Assembly: GCA_019637395.1 (NCBI GenBank)
Contig: JAHBVR010000012.1
Location: 1,842 to 65,841 of the forward strand
Direction of reading: 5' to 3'
DNA length: 64,000 nt
DNA from: Vulcanimicrobiota bacterium
GTDB taxonomy: Bacteria > Vulcanimicrobiota > Xenobia > Xenobiales > JADMJV01
Program-made: the position numbers and the translations under genes
Part shown: positions 48,333 through 56,930 of the stretch, piece by piece
Layout of the letters: every line of letters begins with the position of its first letter
Position numbering within the stretch: position 1 is the stretch's first letter
The notes under the pieces: generated by a model
Seen by the model: only the letters and a program-made list of their open reading frames with translations
What the model was told of the DNA's origin: nothing
Database searches by the model: none

Positions 48333-49361
48333 CTACTTCGCCAGCACGTTTTGCAGCAGGTTACGCACCTTTTCCAGGTCGCCCGCCTCTCCGCGCACAA
48401 AGAGCACATTGAGCCGGTCATCGTGAATCACTTCGACCTCCGATACGGCCCGGCGAATCGCCGACACCATTTGGCTGGCGGATTTGTCCGCCATCAAGGG
48501 GAAATAATCGCTGACCAGGTTCAGGCTGCGCGTGCCGCCTTCCGAAACCGGGTCCGGGTGAGTAATAGTGGGCACCAGGGTCGCGCCGGCACCGCTATTG
48601 TCACCAAAAACGCGGACGCGGTTGCCCTCGATCTTGACTTCATAGAGGTCTTGCTGCTTGCCCAGCACGTTGGTGAGCGCCTGGGAGAGGGGCGTATCCT
48701 TGAAGGAAGCCGTGACCGAGCCTTTCACGCCGGGTCCGATGTCGGCTTCCAGACCGGCCGCCTGGGCCATCTCACGAATGGCGGCGGGCAGATCTTTATT
48801 GATAAAGCTGACCGTGATGGGGCGCTGGTCCACGTTATTGCGGGCGGGAGCGGGGGTTGGAGTCACTGGACGGGGAGCGGGCCGGTCTGGGGTGGCCGTC
48901 GGCTTTACCGGCGGCAGAGTGGCTAAGCCGGGAGCAGCAGCCGGCTTGGAGGCCACCGGAAGCCTGGGGGTATCATTGCCCGAGGCCAGCTCGCCAGCCG
49001 AGATGCGCAGAGTCCAGTTCTTCTTGTCGGGACTGCTGATCCAGCTCATCTTGGGGTTCTGCAGAGCGTAGAGAGTAACCACCACGTTGCCCGCGCCGGG
49101 CTTAACTTCCACTTTCTGCAGGACGCCTTTGTCGATATTCGAGACGGCCTTGCCCTGCCACTCGACTTTCGGGATGGTGATCTCGAGGCGATGCGGATTT
49201 TCTCGCCATTTTTGGCTCACATTCTCGAACGGCTTGTCCTGAGACAGACGCAGTTCGACGCGATCACTGGTCTTGCGAACATCGACACCCAGTTTGGGGT
49301 CAGCCCCGGCCCAGCCCGTCAGGGCAATAGCCAAAAGAAGTCCGGCGTAGTTACGAGACAA
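48333..49361 (-). CDS. Periplasmic AMIN plus secretin-N0/N1-like domain protein lacking a secretin beta-barrel
   Basis: Signal peptide; N-terminal beta-rich AMIN-like segment, Pro-rich linker, 'ITVSFINKDLPAAIREMAQAAGLEADIGPGVKGSVTASFKDTPLSQAL' (PilQ/GspD N0-like), 'RLNVLFVRGEAGDLEKVRNLL' (N1-like). Confidence 0.5.
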   Translation of the reverse strand: MSRNYAGLLLAIALTGWAGADPKLGVDVRKTSDRVELRLSQDKPFENVSQKWRENPHRLEITIPKVEWQGKAVSNIDKGVLQKVEVKPGAGNVVVTLYALQNPKMSWISSPDKKNWTLRISAGELASGNDTPRLPVASKPAAAPGLATLPPVKPTATPDRPAPRPVTPTPAPARNNVDQRPITVSFINKDLPAAIREMAQAAGLEADIGPGVKGSVTASFKDTPLSQALTNVLGKQQDLYEVKIEGNRVRVFGDNSGAGATLVPTITHPDPVSEGGTRSLNLVSDYFPLMADKSASQMVSAIRRAVSEVEVIHDDRLNVLFVRGEAGDLEKVRNLLQNVLAK

Positions 49362-49382
49362 AGCGGTTTACCTCCGCAATCG

Positions 49383-49724
49383 TTATTGGTGGGCAGGCTG
49401 ATTCGGAGCGACGATCGGAACCATCTGTCCGTTGGGCGTCTGCACGCCGTCAATGGTCTCCAAGCGCAAAAAGTTATTCGCATCCAGGCGTGCCGAACAT
49501 TCAATGATCATACCGGGCACGATATTGGACGGAATCAACTCGCCCTGCTTCACGAAAACCCGCGTATACTGCGCATCCGGAGAGACCAGCACAAAATGGT
49601 TGGCCTGAACATAACCGACCGTGCCCCGGCAACGGACCGGCGGATCGAAGATGTCCTGAAGGATGTCTGCCTGGGCCGTCCCCATCAGCGTTACCAACAT
49701 CAAAAGGCGAACTAACATTTTCAT
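49383..49724 (-). CDS. Small secreted hypothetical protein
   Basis: Signal peptide 'MKMLVRLLMLVTLMGTAQA'. Confidence 0.45.
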   Translation of the reverse strand: MKMLVRLLMLVTLMGTAQADILQDIFDPPVRCRGTVGYVQANHFVLVSPDAQYTRVFVKQGELIPSNIVPGMIIECSARLDANNFLRLETIDGVQTPNGQMVPIVAPNQPAHQ

Positions 49725-49779
49725 AGCCGCCCTGGATTCCGCTATCGGAACGGAAACCCTTTTCCTTAAATAAAGGGGG

Positions 49780-50730
49780 CTATCTCATAGGTGTGACGCG
49801 GCTGGGGGAGACCCACTCGTCAGGGTAGTCCTGGGCCAGGCCCATCCAGTGAACCAACACTCCGCGCTGCCCCTGCTCCACTACCCGAGCCTTCCAGTTG
49901 GCTCCGTCGGCAAAGACGCTAACGTAGGCCCCCTCCCCCGCCCGTAGCGGGCGAGCGGTGCGCACCCAGCCTGTGTTCTCTGGGAAAAGCGGCGAGCCGG
50001 AGCCGCCGGCCTTCTGGTTTTCGGCGAACAGCATATCCTTTTCCACCTGCTCAGACATTTCGGCCAGACTGATCACGCCATCGCCGTTGGCGTCACAGCG
50101 CGGGTCTCCACTCAGGGCATCGAGCAGACAATCGGTAAAGGTCCAATTGCCAGTACTGCTGAGGCGGGCAGTCGAGGAGGAAAGGGCAAAGAAGCCGATA
50201 TTGCTCACGTTGCGCCGAGCCGCCAGGCGCATGGCGCCGGAATGACAGCAGTCGGCCGAGAGAAAGACGCGGCTGCCCTTGAAGAGGCGGTTCACGTCGC
50301 GCTCGATACCGCGTAAACCCCAGAGCGTATCCACGTCGTAGCCGTCGTAGGGTACCATCCAGAAGGTGCGATCAGCCTCATCCCGGTAACCGTGACCTGC
50401 GTAGTAGAGGATCAGCGTGTCTCCGGGTCGGCACTTGCCGAGAATTTTCATAAACGCATCGTGAATGCCCTGACGGGTGGCGTCTCGATCGAGCAAAAGG
50501 GTCACCTGCTCGGGCGGCACGCCCAGGCGCTGGTAGGCCAGGGCCAAGCGCACGTCACGCCGATTGGTTTTCGGGAAGCCGGGATAGATGTCGGAACGGG
50601 ACCACTCCAGGCAACCCACCACGAACACCCAGGTACGGCGAGGATCCAGGCCGTCGGCCGGGGCCGGTCCCTGGGCCCAAACCCAGGCGGTTAGAGCCAG
50701 CCACAAACTGACCACCATGCATCTAATCAT
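49780..50730 (-). CDS. Secreted caspase-family (C14) protease with EF-hand-like Ca-binding loop and C-terminal small beta domain
   Basis: His/Cys dyad 'LYYAGHGY' and 'LSADCCHSGAM'; 'DANGDGVISLAEM' (DxDxDG loop); signal peptide from the ATG at 50730 'MIRCMVVSLWLALTAWVWAQG'. Confidence 0.8.
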   Translation of the reverse strand: MIRCMVVSLWLALTAWVWAQGPAPADGLDPRRTWVFVVGCLEWSRSDIYPGFPKTNRRDVRLALAYQRLGVPPEQVTLLLDRDATRQGIHDAFMKILGKCRPGDTLILYYAGHGYRDEADRTFWMVPYDGYDVDTLWGLRGIERDVNRLFKGSRVFLSADCCHSGAMRLAARRNVSNIGFFALSSSTARLSSTGNWTFTDCLLDALSGDPRCDANGDGVISLAEMSEQVEKDMLFAENQKAGGSGSPLFPENTGWVRTARPLRAGEGAYVSVFADGANWKARVVEQGQRGVLVHWMGLAQDYPDEWVSPSRVTPMR

Positions 50731-52053
50731 GCATAACCCAGGTGGCGGCGATCTGGGCGCCCGCCTTGACATTGGTCACATCGCTGTCGGAGACGCGCAC
50801 CAGCGGATCAGCCACGCTGGCCCCGAACATGTAAGGATCGAAATCGAAACGGAAATCCTCGAATTTCCAGCCGTTCTCGAGAGGCACGGGAAACTCTGCA
50901 TGGGGGATGTGCACCCGGCGCTGCGCCACATAGCGGTCTTTGACCGCCTCGTCGAGAGCTCGCTCCCAGGCCAGCTCGTCCATTTCCCAGCCCAGGTAGA
51001 GACCCTGTCCGCCGTATCCATCGGCCGGCTTGAGAATGGTCTGCTCGCGCTCCTGACGGAGCCTGTCCAGTAGCGGACCGTCCTCGACGATGGTGGTCCA
51101 GGGAACCAGCGAGCGCAGGAAAGTCAAGTCCGACTTATTGAGCAGGCTCTCGAATTCGGGCCGGTGCACCCAGGAGAGCAGGCTCTTGACCGTCAGCGGC
51201 TTACAAGCGAAGGAATTGACCACACAGGCGGCTTGCTCGCGATAGGCGTTCAGGAAGGGCCTGGCCGCCTCGGCCTGGGCCAGCAGATCTTCCACCAACA
51301 CGCGGCGATAGACCAGATCGATGACTTTGCCGTCGTAGTCGAGCAACTTTCCATCCTTGAAGTCGAGTTCTCGGGGGTCGCAGATCACAGTTTCATAACC
51401 GAGACGGTTGTAGCGAAGTTTCAGCAGTTCAAACTCGCTGGCGGTGTTGACGGTGATCCAGTCGACCACGGCGATACGCGGCTTGCCTTTTCCTCCCCAT
51501 TGCTCCCAGGACTTGAGCAACAGCGGCAAGTCGCGATGGTCGGTGGCCAGATAGCGGCCGGGGAATTCCTTGGCCAGCCGCTTCCACAGCGAAGTCTTCT
51601 TGAGCAGGCGCACGCACTCGTCCATAAAGGCGGCCCCTCCGGGACTATCCACGTTGAGCTCTACAATTTGGTAGCCGGTGTCCCCATTCGCAAAAAACTC
51701 CAGGAAGCCATCCACCCGCGAAATGTACTCGCCGGCCTTGAGACGGCTGGGCCATTGAATCAATTGCTGTTCGGTGCGGTGAATGCCCAATCGATCCAGC
51801 CATGGAGTGGTGCGTAGAGGCTCTTCCAGCTTGGCCAACACGCGCACCAGGCGGCGCATCTGATCCTGCAGCGGCTTGAGGTGAGCCTGGCGCATCAACG
51901 CCGGTGCGATACAAATCGGTAGCGGCTTGCCCTGAAAAAGAATGCCGCGCCTGGTCAGACCCTTTTCGATTTCGGCGTATTCCTGGCGGGTAGCGGCAGG
52001 GTCCGCTTCCAGATGTTGCCGAATAAACTCGAATGCTGCTCTACAATAGGGGT
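50723..52053 (-). CDS. ATP-grasp-fold protein (glutathionylspermidine-synthase-like or circularly permuted ATP-grasp-like)
   Basis: 'ILKPADGYGGQGLYLG' nucleotide-binding strand and 'VVNSF' pattern; start chosen at the M of 'MFPDPY' because the longer ORF would overlap the divergent gene 52033; start uncertain. Confidence 0.5.
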
Positions 52054-52566
52054 CTGGAAACATATTCGCTCGCGTTCCGCGCCGGCTGGCGATTTGCCTG
52101 CAGTCTGGCTCTTCTTCTCGGGCTTTCGGGCACAGCCCGGGCGCAACTGCCACCGCCGGACTGGCGGGCGCTCAACCCGGAACAGCGGATGTTTTTGCTG
52201 GACGCTTTTCAACTGGCACCAGAAGTGCGCGGGACCTTTTCCGACGCTGTGCCCGACGACCTCAAGCAGAACCTGCTCAACTCGTTGTGGAGCGTGCTGA
52301 CCCCCGAGAAACGAGTCCAGGTCGCCCTCTACGCCCATATAGAGAAACCCTGGAGCAGCCAGTCCGAGTCCACCTCCAAGGTACTGGCTCCGCAATTTGT
52401 CAGGCTCTCCAAACTGCAAAAATTTCGTCTCTACGAAGCTGCTCATTGGGACGCCACCCAGCGGGGTATTTTCGAGAGCCTTCCGAACGAGCTTCGCCAG
52501 GGAGCCTTCGAGGCTCTCTGGTCCTACCTGGACCCGAAAGCCCGCAAGGCGATTCTGGCACCGTAA
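52033..52566 (+). CDS. Secreted repeat protein (DUF3106-like)
   Basis: Signal peptide 'FACSLALLLGLSGTARA'; repeated 'L(N/T)PE(Q/K)R...L' helices. Confidence 0.5.
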   Translation: MLLYNRGLETYSLAFRAGWRFACSLALLLGLSGTARAQLPPPDWRALNPEQRMFLLDAFQLAPEVRGTFSDAVPDDLKQNLLNSLWSVLTPEKRVQVALYAHIEKPWSSQSESTSKVLAPQFVRLSKLQKFRLYEAAHWDATQRGIFESLPNELRQGAFEALWSYLDPKARKAILAP

Positions 52567-52601
52567 ACCGGGGGGGAGACCCCTTTAGAAAGGTACCCAA
52601 G

Positions 52602-53318
52602 TTGAAAAAGCTGCTCGTCTCCTGTCTGCTTCTGGCCACCACCCTCTGTTCCGCCTGGGCGGATAAACTCTACGTGCGCAATCGTCCCTACGAAGGCTAC
52701 GTGATCGGCACTCTGGATAATCTCTCGGCGGTGGAAGTAGACGCCCGCGACTTTGCCAAAGCGCTCGGCTACGACCTGGACGAAGTAGACGGCAACTGGC
52801 TGTTTCGCCCCCAGGGCAGCAAAGAGGCGCCCTCCCTGACGGCCGGGTCACACAAGATGTACGCCGGCGCCACCGAGGTCGCTTATCGAGTAGACGCAGA
52901 GCGCAAACTGGTCAAGCTGGCCGAACTGGCTCAGGCCCTGGGAGGCCGGGTGATGCGCCACGCCGAGTTAGGTACCGTCGATTTCGATATTGTCCAGGGG
53001 CACAAACAAGAGACCGGCTTTGACCCGAAAAAATTCCATCTGATTTACTATGGGGCGGACTGGGCTCCAGCCGCCAAAATGTTTAAGCCGGTGGTGGTGG
53101 AGTTCGACCTGAAGCAGATTGTACCGGTTATTTATGTGGACTGTATGCAGCCTCGCTCGCCCATCTACAAAAACTTCATCCGCTATTTCAACGGCGACAA
53201 GATCCCCTACGTGGTGCTGCTCGGTCCCAACGGCAAGGTGGTCAAGACCTGGACCGGTTATCAGGACATCGGCCCCTGGACCACCGAAATCCAGCGTTTG
53301 ACCGGCCAGAAGTTTTAG
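52602..53318 (+). CDS. Secreted thioredoxin-fold protein lacking the CxxC motif
   Basis: TTG start before signal peptide 'MKKLLVSCLLLATTLCSAWA'; 'LIYYGADWAPAAKMFKPVV...IPYVVLLGPNGKVV' has TlpA/thioredoxin-like topology, but WAPAAK replaces WCxPCK. Confidence 0.5.
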   Translation: MKKLLVSCLLLATTLCSAWADKLYVRNRPYEGYVIGTLDNLSAVEVDARDFAKALGYDLDEVDGNWLFRPQGSKEAPSLTAGSHKMYAGATEVAYRVDAERKLVKLAELAQALGGRVMRHAELGTVDFDIVQGHKQETGFDPKKFHLIYYGADWAPAAKMFKPVVVEFDLKQIVPVIYVDCMQPRSPIYKNFIRYFNGDKIPYVVLLGPNGKVVKTWTGYQDIGPWTTEIQRLTGQKF

Positions 53319-54481
53319 ATTTGAGCCGCCTTGAGCATCGAGGCGGCTCCCAGCAGGTTGCCCAGACCGACGCAGACATTGGTGAGCAGCATGACCAGCA
53401 AGATGCGGGTCACGCGGTTTTGATACATTAGCTTGAACGTGAGCGTTTGCTCGGAGAGCGTTTCGAAGTCGGCTACCCGGGGCTTGCGCAGCCCCGCCTC
53501 CACCAGCCCCGTCATCCAGCCGGTGGCAATCAAGGGATGGAGCGCTCCGATGGGTGCGAAAAGAAAGCCGCTGATGGTGGTCAGCGGGTGAGCCAGCGAG
53601 AGCAGGCAACCCAGAGCTCCTGCGCTGGCCGTAATCAGCGCCCACATCCCCAGCATTCTGAGAGCGACATTCTTACCCCAATGCAAGAAACCGTAGAGGA
53701 TGGCGGCCACGATGGAAAGGGGAATCAGCCAGCCGATCAGCTTGGAAAGCTTGCTGGGCGGGGGCACGAATTCGAGCGGGGTGACGTCCTTAACCTCGCC
53801 CAGGTAGCGGGCGATGCCCTGCACGTGGCCGGCTCCCACCACCGCCAGCACGCGCTGGCCCGGGGCCGAGAAAATCTTGGCGGCCAGGTAGCGGTCGCGT
53901 TCGTCCACCAGGGTCTCGCCCACTTCGGGCAGGTGCTGGGATAGTTCTTTGAGAGCTTCCTCCAGCGCGTCGCTGCGCTTGAGCCGTTCCACCTCTTCCT
54001 GGCTGATCTCGGTGCTTTCGAAGATGCCGAAGAGGGAGGAAACGAAGAGCTTGGCCAGGCTCCACCAGGAGAGGCGGCTCCAGGTGCGGCGCAGGGTGGT
54101 GCCGACATCGCGATCGGCCAGCACGGTGGGGATGTCCAGCTCCAGGCTGGTTTCCATGGCCTGCATCATCTCGGCGCCCGGTTTGACTCCGAGCTGCTTG
54201 CCAATCTTCTTCTGGAAACTGGATAAAAGCAACTGGGCCAGCAGCAGGTTGCCCTTACCCTTTTTGATCACCTCGACGATGTCGGTGTTGCGCCAGCGGT
54301 CGGGATCGCGCAGGGTATTGTAGCGCGAGGCGCACAGTTCCACCGCCACCGAGTCCGGCTTCAGCTCGTGCAGCGTGTCTTTGACCAGGTCGACGCTGGC
54401 CTGGCTGACGTGGGCCGTGCCCAGCAGGTAAAACATGCGGCCGTCCAGTTCGACCAGGCGAATATCAGGGTGTTCCATCAT
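53315..54481 (-). CDS. TraB/GumN family protein
   Basis: 'MFYLLGTAHVSQASVDLV' and 'VLAVVGAGHVQGIARYL' TraB motifs; C-terminal TM helices. Confidence 0.75.
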   Translation of the reverse strand: MMEHPDIRLVELDGRMFYLLGTAHVSQASVDLVKDTLHELKPDSVAVELCASRYNTLRDPDRWRNTDIVEVIKKGKGNLLLAQLLLSSFQKKIGKQLGVKPGAEMMQAMETSLELDIPTVLADRDVGTTLRRTWSRLSWWSLAKLFVSSLFGIFESTEISQEEVERLKRSDALEEALKELSQHLPEVGETLVDERDRYLAAKIFSAPGQRVLAVVGAGHVQGIARYLGEVKDVTPLEFVPPPSKLSKLIGWLIPLSIVAAILYGFLHWGKNVALRMLGMWALITASAGALGCLLSLAHPLTTISGFLFAPIGALHPLIATGWMTGLVEAGLRKPRVADFETLSEQTLTFKLMYQNRVTRILLVMLLTNVCVGLGNLLGAASMLKAAQI

Positions 54482-55428
54482 TCCGGGGGGCCCTCACTTA
54501 GCCACTCTGCCAGTCGCGCGGGCGCTATGTTGCCGCCACTGAGCACGACCCAGGTTCCTTCTTGCTCGGGTATTTGCCCACTGCGATAGGCGGCTAACCC
54601 TGCGGCGCCGCCGGGCTCGACCACCAGCTTGGCTTCCTCCACCAGATAGCGCACCGTATCACGCACCGCCTCCTCGCTGACTTCCACCATATCGTCGACC
54701 CACTGCTGGGCCAATTCCCAGGGCAAGTCCCCGGGCCGGTTGGCGGTGAGAGCGTCGCATTCGGTGACCACCTTTTCGAGGCGGCGCAGCTCGCCGTTGC
54801 GTAGCGAATCGACCATGGCGTTGGCGCCTCCGGGCTGGACTCCGACGATCCTGGTAAGGGGATCGATCTGCTTGAGAGCCAGCGAGGTAGCCACCAGCAG
54901 GCCGCCGGTGCTGGCCGGAATGACCACCTGGCGGGGCCTGGCGGGAGCCAGGTCGAGGCCCAAAGTAGCATGTCCGACGAGAACTTGCGGATCGTTCAGG
55001 TGATCTACGATGTGGATTCCCTGGTCTCTAAGGGCATGCAGGGCGGCGGTGCGCTCTTCGGTGGAATCACCGCTGAAGACCACCTGGCCGCCCCAGGCCT
55101 TGACGCGCTCGACTTTCCAGGGGTGACTGCGGCGCATCATAACGGCGGTGACGGGCACGCCATAGTGGCGCCCGGCCCAGGCCAGGGCCACCGCGAAGTT
55201 GCCCGAGGAGGCCAACGCCAGGCCCTTGTCGCCCAAGCCCCTGGCCTTAAGGTTCATGATGTGGCAGATGGCCCGGACCTTATAGGCTCCCGTGACCTGC
55301 AGATTCTCGCACATGAGGCCGACTCCGTCGAGTTGCCTGAGCGGGGGGGAAACCACTTCCCCGGGTAGTGCCAAGCGGGCCTGCTCGATGTGCTGGAGGG
55401 TGCCCCATTCGGGCGGATCGTAGTGCAT
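54478..55428 (-). CDS. PLP-dependent threonine/serine dehydratase-like enzyme (fold type II)
   Basis: Lys motif 'QVTGAYKVRA', 'ASSGNFAVALA', Gly-rich 'GGLLVAT' loop. Confidence 0.8.
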   Translation of the reverse strand: MHYDPPEWGTLQHIEQARLALPGEVVSPPLRQLDGVGLMCENLQVTGAYKVRAICHIMNLKARGLGDKGLALASSGNFAVALAWAGRHYGVPVTAVMMRRSHPWKVERVKAWGGQVVFSGDSTEERTAALHALRDQGIHIVDHLNDPQVLVGHATLGLDLAPARPRQVVIPASTGGLLVATSLALKQIDPLTRIVGVQPGGANAMVDSLRNGELRRLEKVVTECDALTANRPGDLPWELAQQWVDDMVEVSEEAVRDTVRYLVEEAKLVVEPGGAAGLAAYRSGQIPEQEGTWVVLSGGNIAPARLAEWLSEGPPE

Positions 55429-55510
55429 TTAACATCCTATTCATCAAGTTGTCTAAATGTGAGTGATATGACTGATGTAACACATCATCCCTAGAGGAGC
55501 GAAACACATA

Positions 55511-55732
55511 ATGAAAATCGCCGCCCAGAACCACCAGTCTTACACCAGAAACAGCCGTCGCAGCAAGGACGGCCCGGACGACGTGCCGCCGGAGTTCCCC
55601 GGACGTCACACCGAGCCCGGCCCCGACGACGTCTACGATCCCGACCAGTGCGGTCGCGGCTCCGACTACGGTGGCAGCGCCCACTACTACGACACCGACA
55701 GTTCCGGCGGCAGCGCCTGGGTCCTCTTCTAG
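55511..55732 (+). CDS. Doubtful small ORF (73 aa, D/P/G-rich)
   Basis: GAGGAG RBS 11 nt upstream, but composition suggests disorder and the other frames are equally open. Confidence 0.2.
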   Translation: MKIAAQNHQSYTRNSRRSKDGPDDVPPEFPGRHTEPGPDDVYDPDQCGRGSDYGGSAHYYDTDSSGGSAWVLF

Positions 55733-55750
55733 CCCCTCTTCGTCCGCTTG

Positions 55751-55784
55751 GTCAATGGCCACCGGGGACCCGATGGCCATTGAC
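55751..55784. promoter_or_regulatory. 10-bp perfect palindrome GTCAATGGCC-N14-GGCCATTGAC
   Basis: Seen directly; 19 nt after the small ORF stop. Confidence 0.6.
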
Positions 55785-55808
55785 ATTTCCGAGGGTCCTT
55801 CTTGGCGC

Positions 55809-55910
55809 CACGGGTGGCACGGCCGGGGGCGCTGACGCCACCGGTACCCGCGTTGTCGACACGGGTGGCGCGGCCGGGGCGCTGACGCCACCAGGGCCCG
55901 CACTGCCGAC
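55809..55910. repeat. 51-bp imperfect tandem repeat x2 (GC-rich)
   Basis: 'cacgggtggcRcggccggg(g)gcgctgacgccacc...cgac' twice; lies in the 487-bp spacer between the PLP gene and the DUF559 gene. Confidence 0.7.
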
Positions 55911-55915
55911 ACGCC

Positions 55916-56212
55916 TCAAGCCGCCGTACCAACCTCGTTGAGCAACCTGTGACTCTCGCTCAAGAACTTGGCGACGACACGCCCGGACTCGATTTCGGCC
56001 TGGCTGAACCGGACTTCGGGGAGGGCTATCGCTTCGTTTCGAAGCCTGTCCCTTTCTGGCTGATGATGCGGACCATCAACTTCGAGGATGAACCAGGCAA
56101 CTTTGGTTTCGATCTTCACCAGAACTAACGCATCGACGCGAAAGGCGCCCACCGAGGTCCGGAGGCGAACCTGCGGCCAGAGCACGCTCCTTTCCTTAAG
56201 ACCCGGCAGCAC
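55916..56212 (-). CDS. DUF559-family (Vsr/PD-(D/E)XK-like endonuclease fold) small protein
   Basis: 'RSVLWPQVRLRTSVGAFRVDALV...KVAWFILEVDGPHHQPERDRLRNEAIALPEVRFSQAEI' matches DUF559 ('ERRLW..LR....G..F.RQ..IG.YI.DF.C...KL.IE.DG..H......D..RD..L...G..VLRF'); start at GTG 56212 or 56185; the ORF's upstream 100 codons are G/S/A-rich junk. Confidence 0.5.
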   Translation of the reverse strand: MLPGLKERSVLWPQVRLRTSVGAFRVDALVLVKIETKVAWFILEVDGPHHQPERDRLRNEAIALPEVRFSQAEIESGRVVAKFLSESHRLLNEVGTAA

Positions 56213-56517
56213 ACGGCGTCCCAGGCCTTCCCGAAGGCATCGACAATCGGTTGGCCACGAAAATCCAGGTCGGTATGCGGATTCGCCAGAATTGGCTGAG
56301 CTTCGAGAGCCGCCAGCAGATACAGCACCAAGACTTCCCAGGCCGAATCCGAGCTCAAGAATTGCCGCAGCCAACGACGGACCGGCCGAGAAACCGGCAA
56401 AGATTCCAATGCACTCCCCCAGCGCTTTTCGGCCTTCAGCCAGCTTTCTGAACTGACCGACTTGAGTTCGTAGGCACGACCTCGACACCACCTCCTCGCT
56501 TCTCGGCCGGACATTAC

Positions 56518-56687
56518 CTACTCCGAGCAAGGAAGCCCCTCCAATTCAAGCTCTTGAAGCAAGCGCAGGGGCGGTAAGCAACGTCCCGCTTCGTAGTCAC
56601 ACACCGTCTGGCGCGGGACCTGGCAATGTTCAGCCATCTGGGCCGGGGTGTAGTTGAGTAACTTGCGGATTTCGTAAAAAATGACAT
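56518..56687 (-). pseudogene. Small XRE-family HTH regulator, frameshifted in an A6/T6 homopolymer (or phase-variable)
   Basis: 'caggaggaacgaaccATGtcatttttt' gives ATG plus strong RBS; adding 1 T to the T6 tract (56676-56681) yields 'MSFFYEIRKLLNYTPAQMAEHCQVPRQTVCDYEAGRCLPPLRLLQELELEGLPCSE*' (56 aa); the alternative intact reading needs GTG 56802 and translates operator/RBS sequence. Confidence 0.5.
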
Positions 56688-56725
56688 GGTTCGTTCCTCC
56701 TGTTGGGAGGCAGCTTAGCGGTCCG

Positions 56726-56807
56726 ATTTCTACGAAATTTCTACCAAAACCGCGACTTGTAACCGTTGCTTTGCCAGAGTGCTCATGATATGCTGCAAGC
56801 ACTCATG
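56726..56807. promoter_or_regulatory. Operator-like repeats in the divergent HTH / C26-hydrolase promoter region
   Basis: Direct repeat ATTTCTAC-gaa-ATTTCTAC (11-bp period) at 56726-56744; inverted repeat GAGTGCT-N14-AGCACTC at about 56777-56807. Confidence 0.4.
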
Positions 56808-56860
56808 CACACGGCTGGACTTTTCCTCAATCCGTCCGCCCGGGCAGCTCTCGGCTGTCC

Positions 56861-56884
56861 TTGTTGTTGTTGCTGTTGTTGTCG
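56861..56884. repeat. Trinucleotide microsatellite (TTG)4-CTG-(TTG)2-TCG
   Basis: Seen directly, about 50 nt upstream of the C26 hydrolase ATG. Confidence 0.75.
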
Positions 56885-56930
56885 TCACTAACCCCTTCTC
56901 TCTGACACAACCCACAACCATGAGGATCGT

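Noticed and set aside
52054-52153. Longer N-terminus for the ATP-grasp gene (ORF start 52153)
   Set aside because: It would run antisense through the start and signal peptide of the divergent secreted-protein gene at 52033; the start at 52053 or later is preferred, though still uncertain
56774-56808. Possible CIRCE (HrcA) heat-shock operator near the HTH gene
   Set aside because: GAGTGCT-N14-AGCACTC has the half-sites in the opposite order and the wrong spacer compared with TTAGCACTC-N9-GAGTGCTAA
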